DNA of 50,834 nt, counting the filler, from Catajapyx aquilonaris (Eukaryota), in the NCBI GenBank assembly GCA_000934665.2. It is 3 parts of 3 records of this genome, joined end to end, with 100 filler letters (N's around TTAATTAATTAA, not from the genome) between each part and the next. Parts side by side here need not be neighbours in the genome. Positions count along the whole stretch, not along the records: positions 1 to 16,869 come from KZ539639.1; 2 more parts are not named here. One strand, written 5' to 3'. Both the position numbers and the translations under genes were made by a program. Shown in pieces: positions 1 to 11,209 of the stretch. The notes under the pieces were generated by a model. It saw nothing but the letters and a program-made list of their open reading frames with translations. It searched no databases and was not told where the DNA came from. The stretch's first letter is position 1. Every line of letters begins with the position of its first letter.

Positions 1-419
1 ACCCCTAGTGAAACCCTTGGGGCATATGTCGGGGCCTCCGTACGGATTTGCATAGCGAATAAGTGGAAAGACATAGGTCTTGAAATATGTATTAGATGTC
101 AGTCCTGTGCCTGAAGAATTTATATTTTTCTGGGGGCCTGCCTGGGCCCCCTCAAGTCACAAATTCCACTGCTTTCCTGTTCCTGCTGCTTCCATTGTTA
201 TGGCACTGATATGAAAACTGACCACTAGACACTTGACAGAAGACAATGTCATGCTGCCTCACTCTACAACTACAACAAAGGTGTAAATTATGAAGTCAAA
301 ATTTAAGATATGTAAATACTAAGCTGGTGCTTGTTGAAAGTACTCTGACACTCAATCAACAACTCTTGGTCATATCTCAACTCTCTCATAAAAGATTAAT
401 AAATGGAATTAGTTCTTAC

Positions 420-3400
420 CATTCTCAAGTAGCAATGCTACAACTCCAGCCTGTCCAGTCTTTGCTGCCAGGGTGAGAGGAGTGTCTCCATTGTCATCCC
501 TGAGATTGACCAATGACCCTGCCTCCAGCAGAACCTGGGCCATGGGAGGTTGTCTATGCAGTACCGCATAGTGGAGAAGGAAGTGGGACTGGGTGAGCCT
601 GGCACCAGCAGAAAGCAGCATTCTAGCTAGAACCACATCCTTTTGCCAAACTGCATAACACAAGGGCGTATAGCCCCGGATCTCTTCAATGTTCACCTTA
701 GCCCCCCTTCGTATGAGTAACGAAACCACCTCGTGGTGAACACGGGACACAGCCAGTAGGAGTGGAGTCTGGTCTGAAGAATCTAGAGTATCAACCTTGG
801 CACCTCCATCCAAAAGGGACTCCACTACATCCGAATAACCACGGGAGGCAGCAATGTGCAGGGCAGAGGTCTTGTCACTTGTCTTGCCATTTACTTTAGC
901 ACCAGATCGGAGGAGAAGAGAGACAACATCTGTGTGGCCACGAGTAGCAGCTAGGTGTAGAGGAGTCACACTATCTGCATCACCAGTGTCCACTCGACAA
1001 CCTGCCCAAGGAGAAGGTACAAGGTAATCAGTGTATTTTCAATGTATAAGGTACTAAATGTAGCTTTTGCAAAGCAAGAAATGATTTGCATATCAATATA
1101 ATATTACTGCATCTATTAAATCTGCAACTTTCTTCAAACCCATCCTTGCTTTCTTTCTTCAGGGTACTGTATTGGCATAAAATTTCCCTTCCAACATCCT
1201 TCATGCCCCCTCCCAATTTATTTGCCCACAGTACAATGAAACTCTTTATGCCTGTTTTTGAAAGAGAAATGTCTTTTGCACCTGCCCAATATACTTACAA
1301 GGGAAGTGTCTGTAGGGCCATCGGCCAATCGGCCCGAAAATGACACTAGGGGTAAATCGCAGGCCAGAAATTCATTGGTGAAAGTAAAAAGTCGCATTAG
1401 CCAAGCGTTTTCGAGATATGGGCGACTATAGGTGCCCGGCAAACACGAATAAGTTATTATTTACTGAGCTTGTGACTATTAATTTTTCCGAATATGAAGC
1501 CATGGAGAGTGTAGGTAAGCATCGGCAGAAGAAAAAAAGTAATACACTTCCCAGCAAGCTGTTTATTTATTCCTGTTGATTGCAAAAGGGAAGATATGTG
1601 GTGATAAACGGTGTTGGGGAAGAAAGAAAAAGAAAACGATGCTCCGAGACGAGAGAGGGAGGGGGGGAAAAAAAGTCGCTTCCCGCGGACTTGAACGCGG
1701 AGACTTCGGATCATGACGCGGACGTGCTACCGACTGAGCCACGAAGACTGTTTATAATTTCTTCTGCCGAATGCGCCCCATTGTCACCGAGCAGGTTTGC
1801 CGGGCACCTATAGTCGCCCATATCTCGAAAACGCTTGGCTAATGCGACTTTTTACTTTCACCAATGAATTTCTGGCCTGCGATTTACCCCAAGTGTCATT
1901 TTCGGGCCGACTGGCCGATGGCCCTACAGACACTTCCCTTGTTAGCCGACTTACCTGCGTCAACCAACAGCTGAACAGCCTTAAGCTGCCCTTGCTCAGC
2001 AGCATAGTGCATGGCACTCCGTCCACGAACATCCAACTGGTTGACATCCCACCTGTGCAATGTGGCATCCAGGAGAGATGCACTGTAATCCAAAATCTCT
2101 GCATAGTGCTTGTAAAAGCATGTCCATCGATCATGCATACGGTCATCACTGCTCTCCTCTTCATCTTCCTCCTCATCTTCCTCCCACCTTTTCGTCCCTG
2201 TGTCCCCTAAGCCAGCAGCATCCTCTTCCTCCTCTTCTCCATCTCCTTCTTCACCTGTGCCTCCATCCCCCATTCCTTCTGAATCCCACTCCAGCTTCTC
2301 CATCCCCTCAGGGGTCAGGTCTTCCTTAGTCACGTTATCTGGATTACGATTCTCATCCACTGTGCCCCCCACAGCACCGGCTTCTTCTTTACTCTCCCCT
2401 CCACTGGCCTGTTCCTCATGAACAAACACAAAGTAGCCTACATTTTTTCTGGAATCATCTTTGTCCTCTTCCTCCTCTTCCTCATCATCTTCCCCACCAC
2501 TGTCACTCGTAACTGGTCCATCCTCAGCCACTGATTCATCGGTGTGATTCCGAGGTGTTGGAGGCAGTAAAAGGGGTGGCAATGGGTGCGGGTGTGGGTG
2601 TCTCCTAGCCCAACCACCTTTCTTGCCCCTGCATCAAACACATATCAAAATTCAGTAGACGTAGGTTTGTTAACTAATATTAAATACAAGTTAATGGCTT
2701 TACATAAACACTAGCAAACACTGCTGAATATTACAGGGTCTATACTGCAAGTTTTTATTGCATTTAATTCTGCAGTTCAATTCTCACACACTGAGATGAC
2801 CAGCAGTGCTGTTTCTTCTTAAATAATACATATGAGAAGGAAAACTTGGGGTGGAATTTTCATTCCACTGCTATAGTTACTGCTAACTTAGCAGTGCCAT
2901 GGCCAATACTGGTACTGCTAAGTTAGCAGTAACTAGCAGTGGAACAAAAATTCAAGCCAATGTCTCCATCCGTCGCTATTAACAATTGAGGTGCTTCGTG
3001 CAAAAAGGGCCCATCCCGCACAACATAACTGCTGAGAAATGAAGCTGTACCCAGCGCCGAATTTCCCATTAGGCAGAAAAGGCAATTGTGTAGGGGCGGC
3101 AGCAAGTTGGATTTTTAAAAAATATATATAAAAAATAAAACAAAACACATATTCAAGAACACAGGAGAATAATATAATAATATAATGTATAATTTTTAAG
3201 CAACATACAGGGGGAGGGGGGGAGGGGATGGCTCTCAACTGCCTAAAGGCGGTCGGGGGGTAAATCCGGCACTGGCTGTACCGTGGGAAGTTCTCCTTAC
3301 ATCCTGCTAGTAATTATTTTTTAATGGCTCCAGGATCCATCCAAACATGCGGAGGTTTTGCATGTCACTAACATATAGTAGTAGCTACACAATAGTGTAA

Positions 3401-4108
3401 AAATCTCATTTTTGCTTGGTACAGGATGGGTCCTTTTTGCACCCAGCCCCTCAATTGAAAACAAATCCTTCAACACAAGCCAGCAAAGTAATTAATCCAA
3501 TGATAAAGACCTGGGTCTCTTTGAAGGCATTCCTTGCCCCCTGGAAGACCCCCAACAGCCAGTGGTGGATTCTGAGTCATCAGAGTCAGTCCTCTTGCTT
3601 CTGTTGTGGTGGCAAGCACGAATCTTGTACCTCTGGCCATGGTGGTGGTACCGGTGATGATTTTGCTGTGGCTGGTGGGGAGGGTGGTGGTGGTGGTGGG
3701 GATGGGAAAAGTGGTGAGGGTGATATGGATGAAGGGGGCCAATGGAGAAGGGTGGGGCAGATGACAGGCGGCTGGCATGTTGGAGAAGAAGTTGGAGGAT
3801 GGAGGTGTGCCCTAGTTGTGCAGCAACACCAAGGGCTGTGCGACCTGTGCTGCATATCACTGTGGCAACTGCACCTGGTGTCACACGACAAAAAGACGTA
3901 CTTTTAAAATGACATCTGTGTAGATTGCTCCCGTGCCAGTAATAATTTTGTCTACTCTTCACAGTGTGGATGATATGTCCTGAATTGAAAAGAACATCAT
4001 TCACATGGCCTACTCCAACTTGTCATTACCTTGCTGTAGTAATTCGGTGACTTTCTGCAGGTTGCCCAAGGACACAGCCTCATACAATTTCTCTGACACT
4101 GAATCCAT
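420..4108 (-). CDS. Multi-exon ankyrin-repeat protein, 3' end outside the window; His-rich and acidic inserts between N-terminal and C-terminal repeats
   Basis: Phase-consistent GT-AG exons: 4108-4030 (MDSVSEKLYEAVSLGNLQKVTELLQQ), 3874-3511 (alternative donor 3631; GRTALGVAAQLGHTSILQLLL plus His-rich tract), 2628-1955 (acidic tract, DVNQLDVRGRSAMHYAAEQG), 1001-420 (about 6 ankyrin repeats: TPLHLAA, SALHIAA, TPLLLAV, TPLCYAV, LLHYAV, TPLTLAA), ending at donor G|gtaaga. Confidence 0.85.
1298..1941. mobile_element. Non-autonomous TIR DNA element, copy 1 (147-bp TIRs, 3-bp TSD TTA)
   Basis: TIRs 1298-1444 and 1795-1941 (CAAGGGAAGTGTC...GACACTTCCCTTG), flanked by TTA/TTA; near-identical copy at 37502-38144. 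Confidence 0.95.
1675..1748 (-). ncRNA. tRNA-Met(CAT)-like Pol III cassette inside the TIR element (pseudo-tRNA)
   Basis: Minus strand GTCTTCG TGGCTCAGTCGG TAGCACGTCCGCG TCATGA TCCGAAGTCTCCGCGTTCAAGTCCGCGGGAAGCGAC TTTTTTT: A box, CAT at the anticodon position, B box GTTCAAGTC, T7 run. Stems are imperfect. Confidence 0.55.
2863..2944. repeat. Short foldback palindrome
   Basis: TTCCACTGCTA..GTTACTGCTAACTTAGCAGT / ACTGCTAAGTTAGCAGTAACTAGCAGTGGAA arms of about 35 bp. Confidence 0.8.
2983..3456. mobile_element. Diverged MITE with a nested hAT MITE
   Basis: CAATTGAGGTGCTTCGTGCAAAAAGGGCCCATCC at the left is matched imperfectly by GGATGGGTCCTTTTTGCACCCAGCCCCTCAATTG at the right. Confidence 0.65.
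3052..3274. mobile_element. hAT-type MITE
   Basis: TIRs CAGCGCCGAATTT / AAATCCGGCACTG; perfect 8-bp TSD GCTGTACC (3044-3051, 3275-3282). Confidence 0.85.
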
Positions 4109-5508
4109 CTGCAAAAAAAACCCCAGAGAAATAAGTTTCATTCAATAGACGGGAGTCACCCTCCCGCGAACACACTCCAACTAGTCTACCCCTTCGCAGG
4201 GGGCCGCCCCAACGAACCTCAAGTCTAATCGGTGATCCTGAAACCCGAGCTTGGTCTAACGGATGAATATCCGGCGCAAAGGGCAGCACCTTGACCGCAG
4301 GGTCTTAGCAGCACCCCATGGAATATAGTTGGGCAGGGCTGAGGGTGGGCAGACAGCTCCTTTCCCGTCGGATCATCTTCGGGACGTCCGATGGTGGAAT
4401 ACGGGAAGGCGGATCATGTAAGCGCGGCCATCTTGGAGCCACCCTTCCGCCACCTGCCTCTCCCTGGCCAAACTACTCCAGGCTCGAGGAGAGAGGGCGG
4501 CACGGAGGGCGGGAACGCGGGATAATAATCTGAGGCAGCTCTGCAGGTCATCGTGGGAATCCCACCGGTTCAACGGCCTGGTGCAATCGGCACTGCAGCT
4601 CATCGACCCACCCAGGGGGAGGGGTGGTGAAAACCCCTGCCCGACTGCTCCTACTCATGCATCTCACACTGCACGAAATTGCTACCTGGCAGGCCACCTC
4701 AATGACCTCATCCCAAATCAGAGACTCGGGGTATACTCTTACATACTTGGGGCCTGGCCTCTGCTAACAACCTCTGGGCGATTCTCACACGGAGTAGTAA
4801 TGTCCAGGATCATAAATGAACGAGTCGTCACTTTGGTGAGAGGTCTCCCAAAAACAGCCCAATGAACAAATGTGCAATGTATGTATAATCTACAAGGATA
4901 GATCCATATGTATACTTGTATATGGTAGATCCATATCACATATTCACATTGGAAAAGCCCCCCCAAATCCCAAATGATACCTGTTAGAATTAGGCCACAT
5001 TCATCCCATGGGAGTTAGCCGTCTACTACTTGGGACATGCAAAAAACTTCCAATGATAACACACTAGTGGCAATTACATCACAGACATGTAATGAATAAA
5101 CCTTCATTTATTTTTCATAATATAGTCCTGTCAAATGTAGCTGAAACTTGGCTATTGCAGAAAAGTTTCCTGTAATGAAATTCTTACACTCTACACAGGT
5201 TCACTGCACTATGATCTCTTGCTCACATGAGGAGACAGAGTGACACTGTGGTAACATGGAGTCCACATATTGAAGTGTTCCAGATTCAATACCAAACCTT
5301 TGTTCATCTCTTGTGAAATTGGGTTGTCTGTGGTTTCATCTCTGGGGTGGAATGTCTGAGATTTGCCATCTGGAGGAACATGCCAAACAACTGCTTTGAG
5401 CAATGGCACCTGCATCCACCTACTCACCCTTCTCTGCTTGTGAGGCTGGGCATTGCATATATGAAAGGCTCCATGCGGCTCCATGCAAGCTCCATGTCCT
5501 ATACTGTA

Positions 5509-5629
5509 CTATCAGTCCACCAAGAATAACTACAGTTACGAGCACTTCCGGGGGGAGAAGTCAATGGAGAAGTGCTCGTAGACTGTAGTTCGTGCGCTGC
5601 CGCTACGACAATTCTTGGTGGACTGATAG
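5509..5629. mobile_element. Small TA-flanked MITE with internal hairpin
   Basis: TA|CTATCAGTCCACCAAGAAT ... ATTCTTGGTGGACTGATAG|TA; inner arms AACTACAGTTACGAGCACTTC / GAAGTGCTCGTAGACTGTAGTT. Confidence 0.85.
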
Positions 5630-5742
5630 TACATCCTGACCAATCAATTAAGATCTGTGCTAAACCTCACATGAGGTGAGCACTATCAAGTTAAAATAAT
5701 TAAAAATCTTTCTTACATTGGTATGCAGCATGTGTATACATA

Positions 5743-6620
5743 CCAGGGCTGTTCAAAAAGAAACCGAACTTTTTCTATACAGACTCTATTGCTTAATTTG
5801 CAACATTTTAAGCACTGTCCCCTTCAAAGTAGTTCCCTCTACTGGCGATAGACAGTTATTAATTTTTTCGTCCATTGTTGGAATGCTTCCTGGAACTCAC
5901 TTTCTGTGATGGCGTGCAGTGCTCTTCTCGCATTGTCCTGAATCGCCTCTATATTTCAGAAATGACGTCACTTCAAATTGGTTTTAAGTTTTGAATGCAG
6001 CAAAAAGTCCGCTGGGGCTAAGTCTGGAGAATAGGGTAGATTGGCACAACGGATGTCTGATGTTTTGCCAGAGCGATGTGTGAGCAGGCGCATTGCCATG
6101 GCGCAATATCCAAGTCTGGCTTTCCCACGATTTAGCCCTTTCCTGGGCACAGCAGCCCTCAAACGCACTAAAACATTCTGGTACAACACTGTTTGTCGGC
6201 CAATCTGACAACATGGGCCAAATTCATAAAGAAAAATGCCTTTCCAATCCAAAAACACAACCAACATCACCTTGACCTTTGACCAACTGGCCTCTTTTGG
6301 TCGAGGAGACCCTTCCAAGTATGCTTGGTAAAGCAATTGAAATGTCTCTGTAGGCTACTATTTGTACCAAATTATTAGCGAAATTTCACACATACACGTT
6401 TTTCAAGCTCTCTCATTTTCACTTTCTCACTAATTCGATGAACAGTTTGTCGAAGTGCTCACTTAAGTGGATGTATCTCGATGACCAATGGTCATAGCGG
6501 AACGTGGCAAATGGCAATTTGCTGTCAAGACATGTCGCTAGGTACTGTCAGTAGCCTCAATACACTGCCAGTAGTTGACGCCCTATTTAAAAAGTCCGGT
6601 TTCTTTTTGAACAGCCCTAG
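5743..6620 (-). mobile_element. Internally deleted, degraded mariner element
   Basis: TIRs of about 30 bp (CCAGGGCTGTTCAAAAAGAAACCG / CGGTTTCTTTTTGAACAGCCCTAG), TA TSD; frameshifted transposase fragments KVMLVVFLDWKG, WILRHGNAPAHTS, PYSPDLAPADF (mariner YSPDLAP motif). Confidence 0.92.
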
Positions 6621-6650
6621 TATGCCTGTCTGTGCATAAAAAGTTGCAAA

Positions 6651-7176
6651 ATAATTGAATCAGTTGTTTCGAAAACCACATATTGATAAGTTCAATGAAC
6701 CAACTTTTCAGAAAAACCCATCATTCCCATCTTTGCTCTTGCTATTACATTATTATTTTAGTGAATATTTCTCATTATTCGAGGAATATACTAATATCGT
6801 ATATTATATCTAGAAATTACCCATGGAAGTCGTGAAATTTGAATTAAAACTTTCTGGACTTGTGATTTTCGAAACAACTGGGATTTCAAAGCATAGAAAA
6901 TGTGTGAAATTATTTTTTATATTGTTACAAGTTACAAATTTCATGCTTTTTTTGTTTCATTATCACTTTTTGCTGTAGTTGTTGGCCAGCTAATTAATGT
7001 TTCATAAAATACCATGTGTTCTTGGGGGATGTACAATTCTATACGATGAATATCTTTTATTGCCTTCTTTAAACCCCAAAATCACAATCCCCAAGGCAAG
7101 CAACATGGTAGTATTAACTCAAAGATTCCAAAAAGTAGGACTTATGTTGTTTTGTGGAAACAACTGATTCAATTAT
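6651..7176. mobile_element. AT-rich MITE-like element
   Basis: 20-bp inverted termini ATAATTGAATCAGTTGTTTC / GAAACAACTGATTCAATTAT. Confidence 0.6.
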
Positions 7177-7562
7177 ATAACACATCGAATAATATTGGCA
7201 CCAACACTTTTATTTCAGTCATCAAACTAGCAATATACAAGCACCATAAAGTGGGACGAATCTGCAATAATTCATTATAATATCAGATTTCTGCATACTC
7301 CGAACTACCGTGGAATGACAGTATGCTCATTAGACAAGTCGTGTTCATACACTTGTTGAAAATGATACACAATGCAATATATTTGATACAAATGGTTGCA
7401 ACATTTTAGGGATTTCTCCTGTCAACTAGATCTGAATGATTAAAAAAAGTGAAAAATGGTACTCTGTGGTTATGTCCATCACAATCTATTTCTTCCCTCC
7501 ATAAAAATTTAGCACCTGACATTTTTATGGGTGAGAGAAACAAAATCATATACAATACATTT

Positions 7563-9844
7563 TCAGGCCCTCTCACTAAGACTAAAATTCTGTGTGTAAT
7601 CATGCTCAATTGCGGGGATCACAGCCTGCACAAATTTGAGAAATATTATGAGGTACATGTGGACACCCAACTCTCCTCCACCATCCTCCACTGTCTGGAT
7701 TATCTTCTTCATCACTTCTGCATGTCTAGGGCATAACAACCTTCAGTATTTATGCATATCATCATTAGTTGCAAACATTGGTTTTGTTGTGCTTACCTGC
7801 ATGGATGTACAGAAGCCATTGGAGGCCCAACCAGATGAGGATGAGCTTCCATGGTAACAGTCTTTTTTGCATGGTCTTGACTAAAATCCTGGTACATTTG
7901 GTCTACGGTAAGAGGCTTCCGGTTCTGAAAGGTCAAATAATATTACTGTTATGTAGACTACTTGTAGTATGATCTCTCATGTGGCATAATGATAGTTGTC
8001 TAAAATACTCACTTCATCATAACCAAAAAGCCACAACCTAGGTGTCTGGTAATACTTGTCATAAGTGATGTGCAGATCGTAAGTTCGAGTTTGGAGAATT
8101 TCACCTGATTCACATCCTTCCCCTGGACCTTTATCAGCTGAAACTTGAGGAACATTCGATAAAATGGCCCCATCTTGTTCATCCAGGAGTCCACTCTCTT
8201 CAAATTCTTCCATATCTGCAGCATCTTCTTCATCTTCATCTGAGTCCTTTGACTTTGGAGAAGTGTCAATTGGACTTCCCTTCTCCTGAAATGCACACAA
8301 AACCTATGATCAACTGTTCCTCCATTCCATCTGCAAATGTACATGGGTTCAATTCAAGTTATACCTGATCCTCTATATTCATCTCGGAAACTTTATCATC
8401 CAAAGTGATCTGGCTCCCTGAGTAGAAATGGTGAGTGTCTACCCATCCTCCATCAGGATCATCAGCTTCAATTATTTTCTCCTGGTCTTTGTCATACTCC
8501 ATCTGAAATCATAAACTGCATATGAAGAAATTTTCCCCCTCTAGAGCAAAGAAAGCACGAGTGAATGTATCTGTATGACCAAATACAACAAGGTGAAACA
8601 TTCAGGTACTGGTAATAAATGCAGAGTCCAAGACTATAAATATAGAAGTACACCTGTTAACATTACACATGCTTCATTTTTTGACCATGATCAAACACAA
8701 AAATTTAATTGACACTAATTTCCATGAGCATGCATGGTGGTAATTATTCAACACGTGAAGCCCATACATCAGGTACTTTGGCTGCGTGGCACAGGAGAAA
8801 TTTCCTCATATTTATGATAATAATATTCTTATTTATTTGTCCATGGTCAATGGCCATACCAGGCGCTCAGCACCAGCCAGCAGCCAATCATAATATACGA
8901 AGGCAAAGGAGTAGCTACAGGCAGCTGGAGTGTTGTCTAATTCCCTAAGGGATCATGAAATGTTAAAACCACCCTATCAATCACTTACTAAGGCCACCAA
9001 AAATGGTAAAATATTGTTGTGACTTGGGCACGAAAGTCCCTTCTGGTTACAATACGTTTAAGAGAGATAAGCCAAAATTGTACAGCCCTAAAACATGGCG
9101 CAGGCTCTCTAAGCTGTAACAGGGAGAAAACATGAATTTTCAAAAAATATCCTACTCACTCTAAGGGCCAGTTGCACTAGGGCATAAAAACCTTGTTTCT
9201 GCCAGAAAGGAAATGGAAAACTGGATTGCCAATAATAATAAATGAATTTTCCCGTGTCTCAGGCAGTTATATTCATCTGAAAATTGTTTCCAGGTGCCAG
9301 TGCAACAGCTGGCCCTACAAATCCCAATCTTCCACTGGGCCACCTGTAAACCTGCATTGCTGACTATTACCTGCTTGCATCTCCTGAAGCAGGGAACATT
9401 CCTAGTGACCAGAAACTGCTTTTCCTTGGGCAGGTAAGCCTTGATCCCAGAGTCATCCCCAGAGGCCCAGTGCCACGTGGGGCAGTGATGCACCAGGTGC
9501 TCCCCGGCAGCCACAAATTCTTCTGGCGTCAGAACACCTGTCTCCTTGAACTTGGATTCCTGTTGGGGGAGGGAGGGTGGGCAGAGATGTAGTGTGCATC
9601 AAGGAGCGAAAATGCACGCCACATGCCATAAGACGATCGTATCCAGTACAATAATCACCACTGGTGATCAGCAGCTAATCTGGATATAGACCATCTGCAG
9701 CGGTCACCTGACTGATCAGGTTTTACTGCAGGTGACGATGATGAACCCCCTCTCCTGTCCCACTGCCATTACCTTAAGGACTGGGGTTAAGTACTCGGCG
9801 ATGCCCAGGGCGGTGCCTTTGACCGAGTTGATGACGCTCTGCAT
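7563..9844 (-). CDS. ATG3: Autophagy E2-like conjugating enzyme ATG3 (6 exons, 320 aa)
   Basis: Exons 9844-9773, 9559-9371, 8502-8365, 8285-8013, 7924-7797, 7725-7563, all GT-AG and in phase (963 nt). Motifs [54 protein letters not shown], catalytic [19 protein letters not shown]. Confidence 0.97.
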
Positions 9845-11154
9845 CCCGCTGGCTGAACGTCGCCCAGGAGGTGGAGCAGGAGCACCCTCTGCAGCACAGG
9901 TCTTATTCCCCTTCTCTCACGCTTGACCCGACGATGACCCGGCCGGGAGACAACCGTGCTAAGCGACACCCGTACTGCGACGACGAGGGAAGGCAGGGGA
10001 AGGCGTGCGGTCTCTCTCCGACGCAGGACGAGCCCAGCAGAAGCCGCCTTCGCAGCCAGAGACAACAACCGAAGCACACACGCACAAGGAAAAAGAGGAA
10101 AACCACGGGCCGAAACTAGCGTCGCTGCTCTGAATCTGTCTCTCCCAAAAGCACTGCTGCTTCCCGTTATCATTTCCCCCTCTGGCCATCACTCCCCTCG
10201 CTGGTGTCTCCTTCCCGTCGGATCAAGAGGAGTGGAGATGCATTGCAACTCTGATCCTGTCTGTTGAATCAGAGCAGGCACCTTTCCCATGTCGCTTGCC
10301 ACGAAGAGAGTGCGTCACTGCTACTTGTCAATAGCCATGTTATATCGCAGCCCCATCATTCGCCCTGAGCCACCCCCTGGCTTAGTTCGACAGCCTCAGC
10401 CATCTACCGGTCATCAGGACAGGCTGTATTGAAAACCTCTCATGGAGAGGCGGTCCCTACAAAACAGGATGAATGCAGCAGCCCCTTTCCTTCTCAACAC
10501 GATGCTGATCAAGAAGCCTTTTCACCACCTTTCACTATGCACATACTTCGCTGCCAACCCTGTCGATATTGCCCCAAAAATACCTTGATAGTAAATCACT
10601 CTCCCAGTTCATATAGTCAGTGTGAACTGCATTTCTCCTATGCCAGTTTACCCAAACTCCACGCGTGGGCTCGCTCTTAGGCTACTAACACTAACAGTAA
10701 GAGTCCTACAGTACTTACAAATATTCTTGTAAGTCGCATTCGTGTATAAGGAATAACGAAAGGATATTATTTTTGTCTCATATGAGTAGGCTATATTAGG
10801 CTACCAGTCTCAGATAAAAATAAACGTGTAAACATAATGTTGTTTCTTTAGGATCAGCTGTGACTCATTTAAAAAGCTGCCATGTGTGATTTTTATTTGC
10901 CGTCAATTAGTACTAGTCATCTAATGACGCAGTCGATAATGCGCCAATAACATATGTACAAGTAAAATAACAATATGAAGCATAAATATGCGAATGTCCG
11001 GATATGAAGCAAAATCTAATGACGAAACACAAGTGTAATGACTAATTAGCTAATTTTTAGTGGCATGTTTGGGAGCTGCAATAACTTAAGCCTATTCCCC
11101 GATATATAGGAATAAAACTGCTAGAACGACATGACCATCGAATATTTTAATGCC

Positions 11155-11209
11155 NNNNNNNNNNNNNNNNNNNNNNNNNNNNNNNNNNNNNNNNNNNNNN
11201 NNNNNNNNN
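11155..11209. other. Assembly gap
   Basis: Run of N. Confidence 0.99.

Noticed and set aside
1675..1748. Functional tRNA-Met gene
   Set aside because: Anticodon and acceptor stems have mismatches and bulges, and the T loop has an extra base; kept only as a tRNA-like cassette.
1218..2210. Duplicate ORFs MPGTYSRPYLENAW... on both strands (also 37447-38016)
   Set aside because: By-products of the 147-bp TIRs; non-ATG starts and no protein motifs.
9787..10267. Several overlapping 70-130 aa ORFs upstream of ATG3
   Set aside because: GC-rich promoter and 5' UTR sequence with few stops; no recognisable domains.
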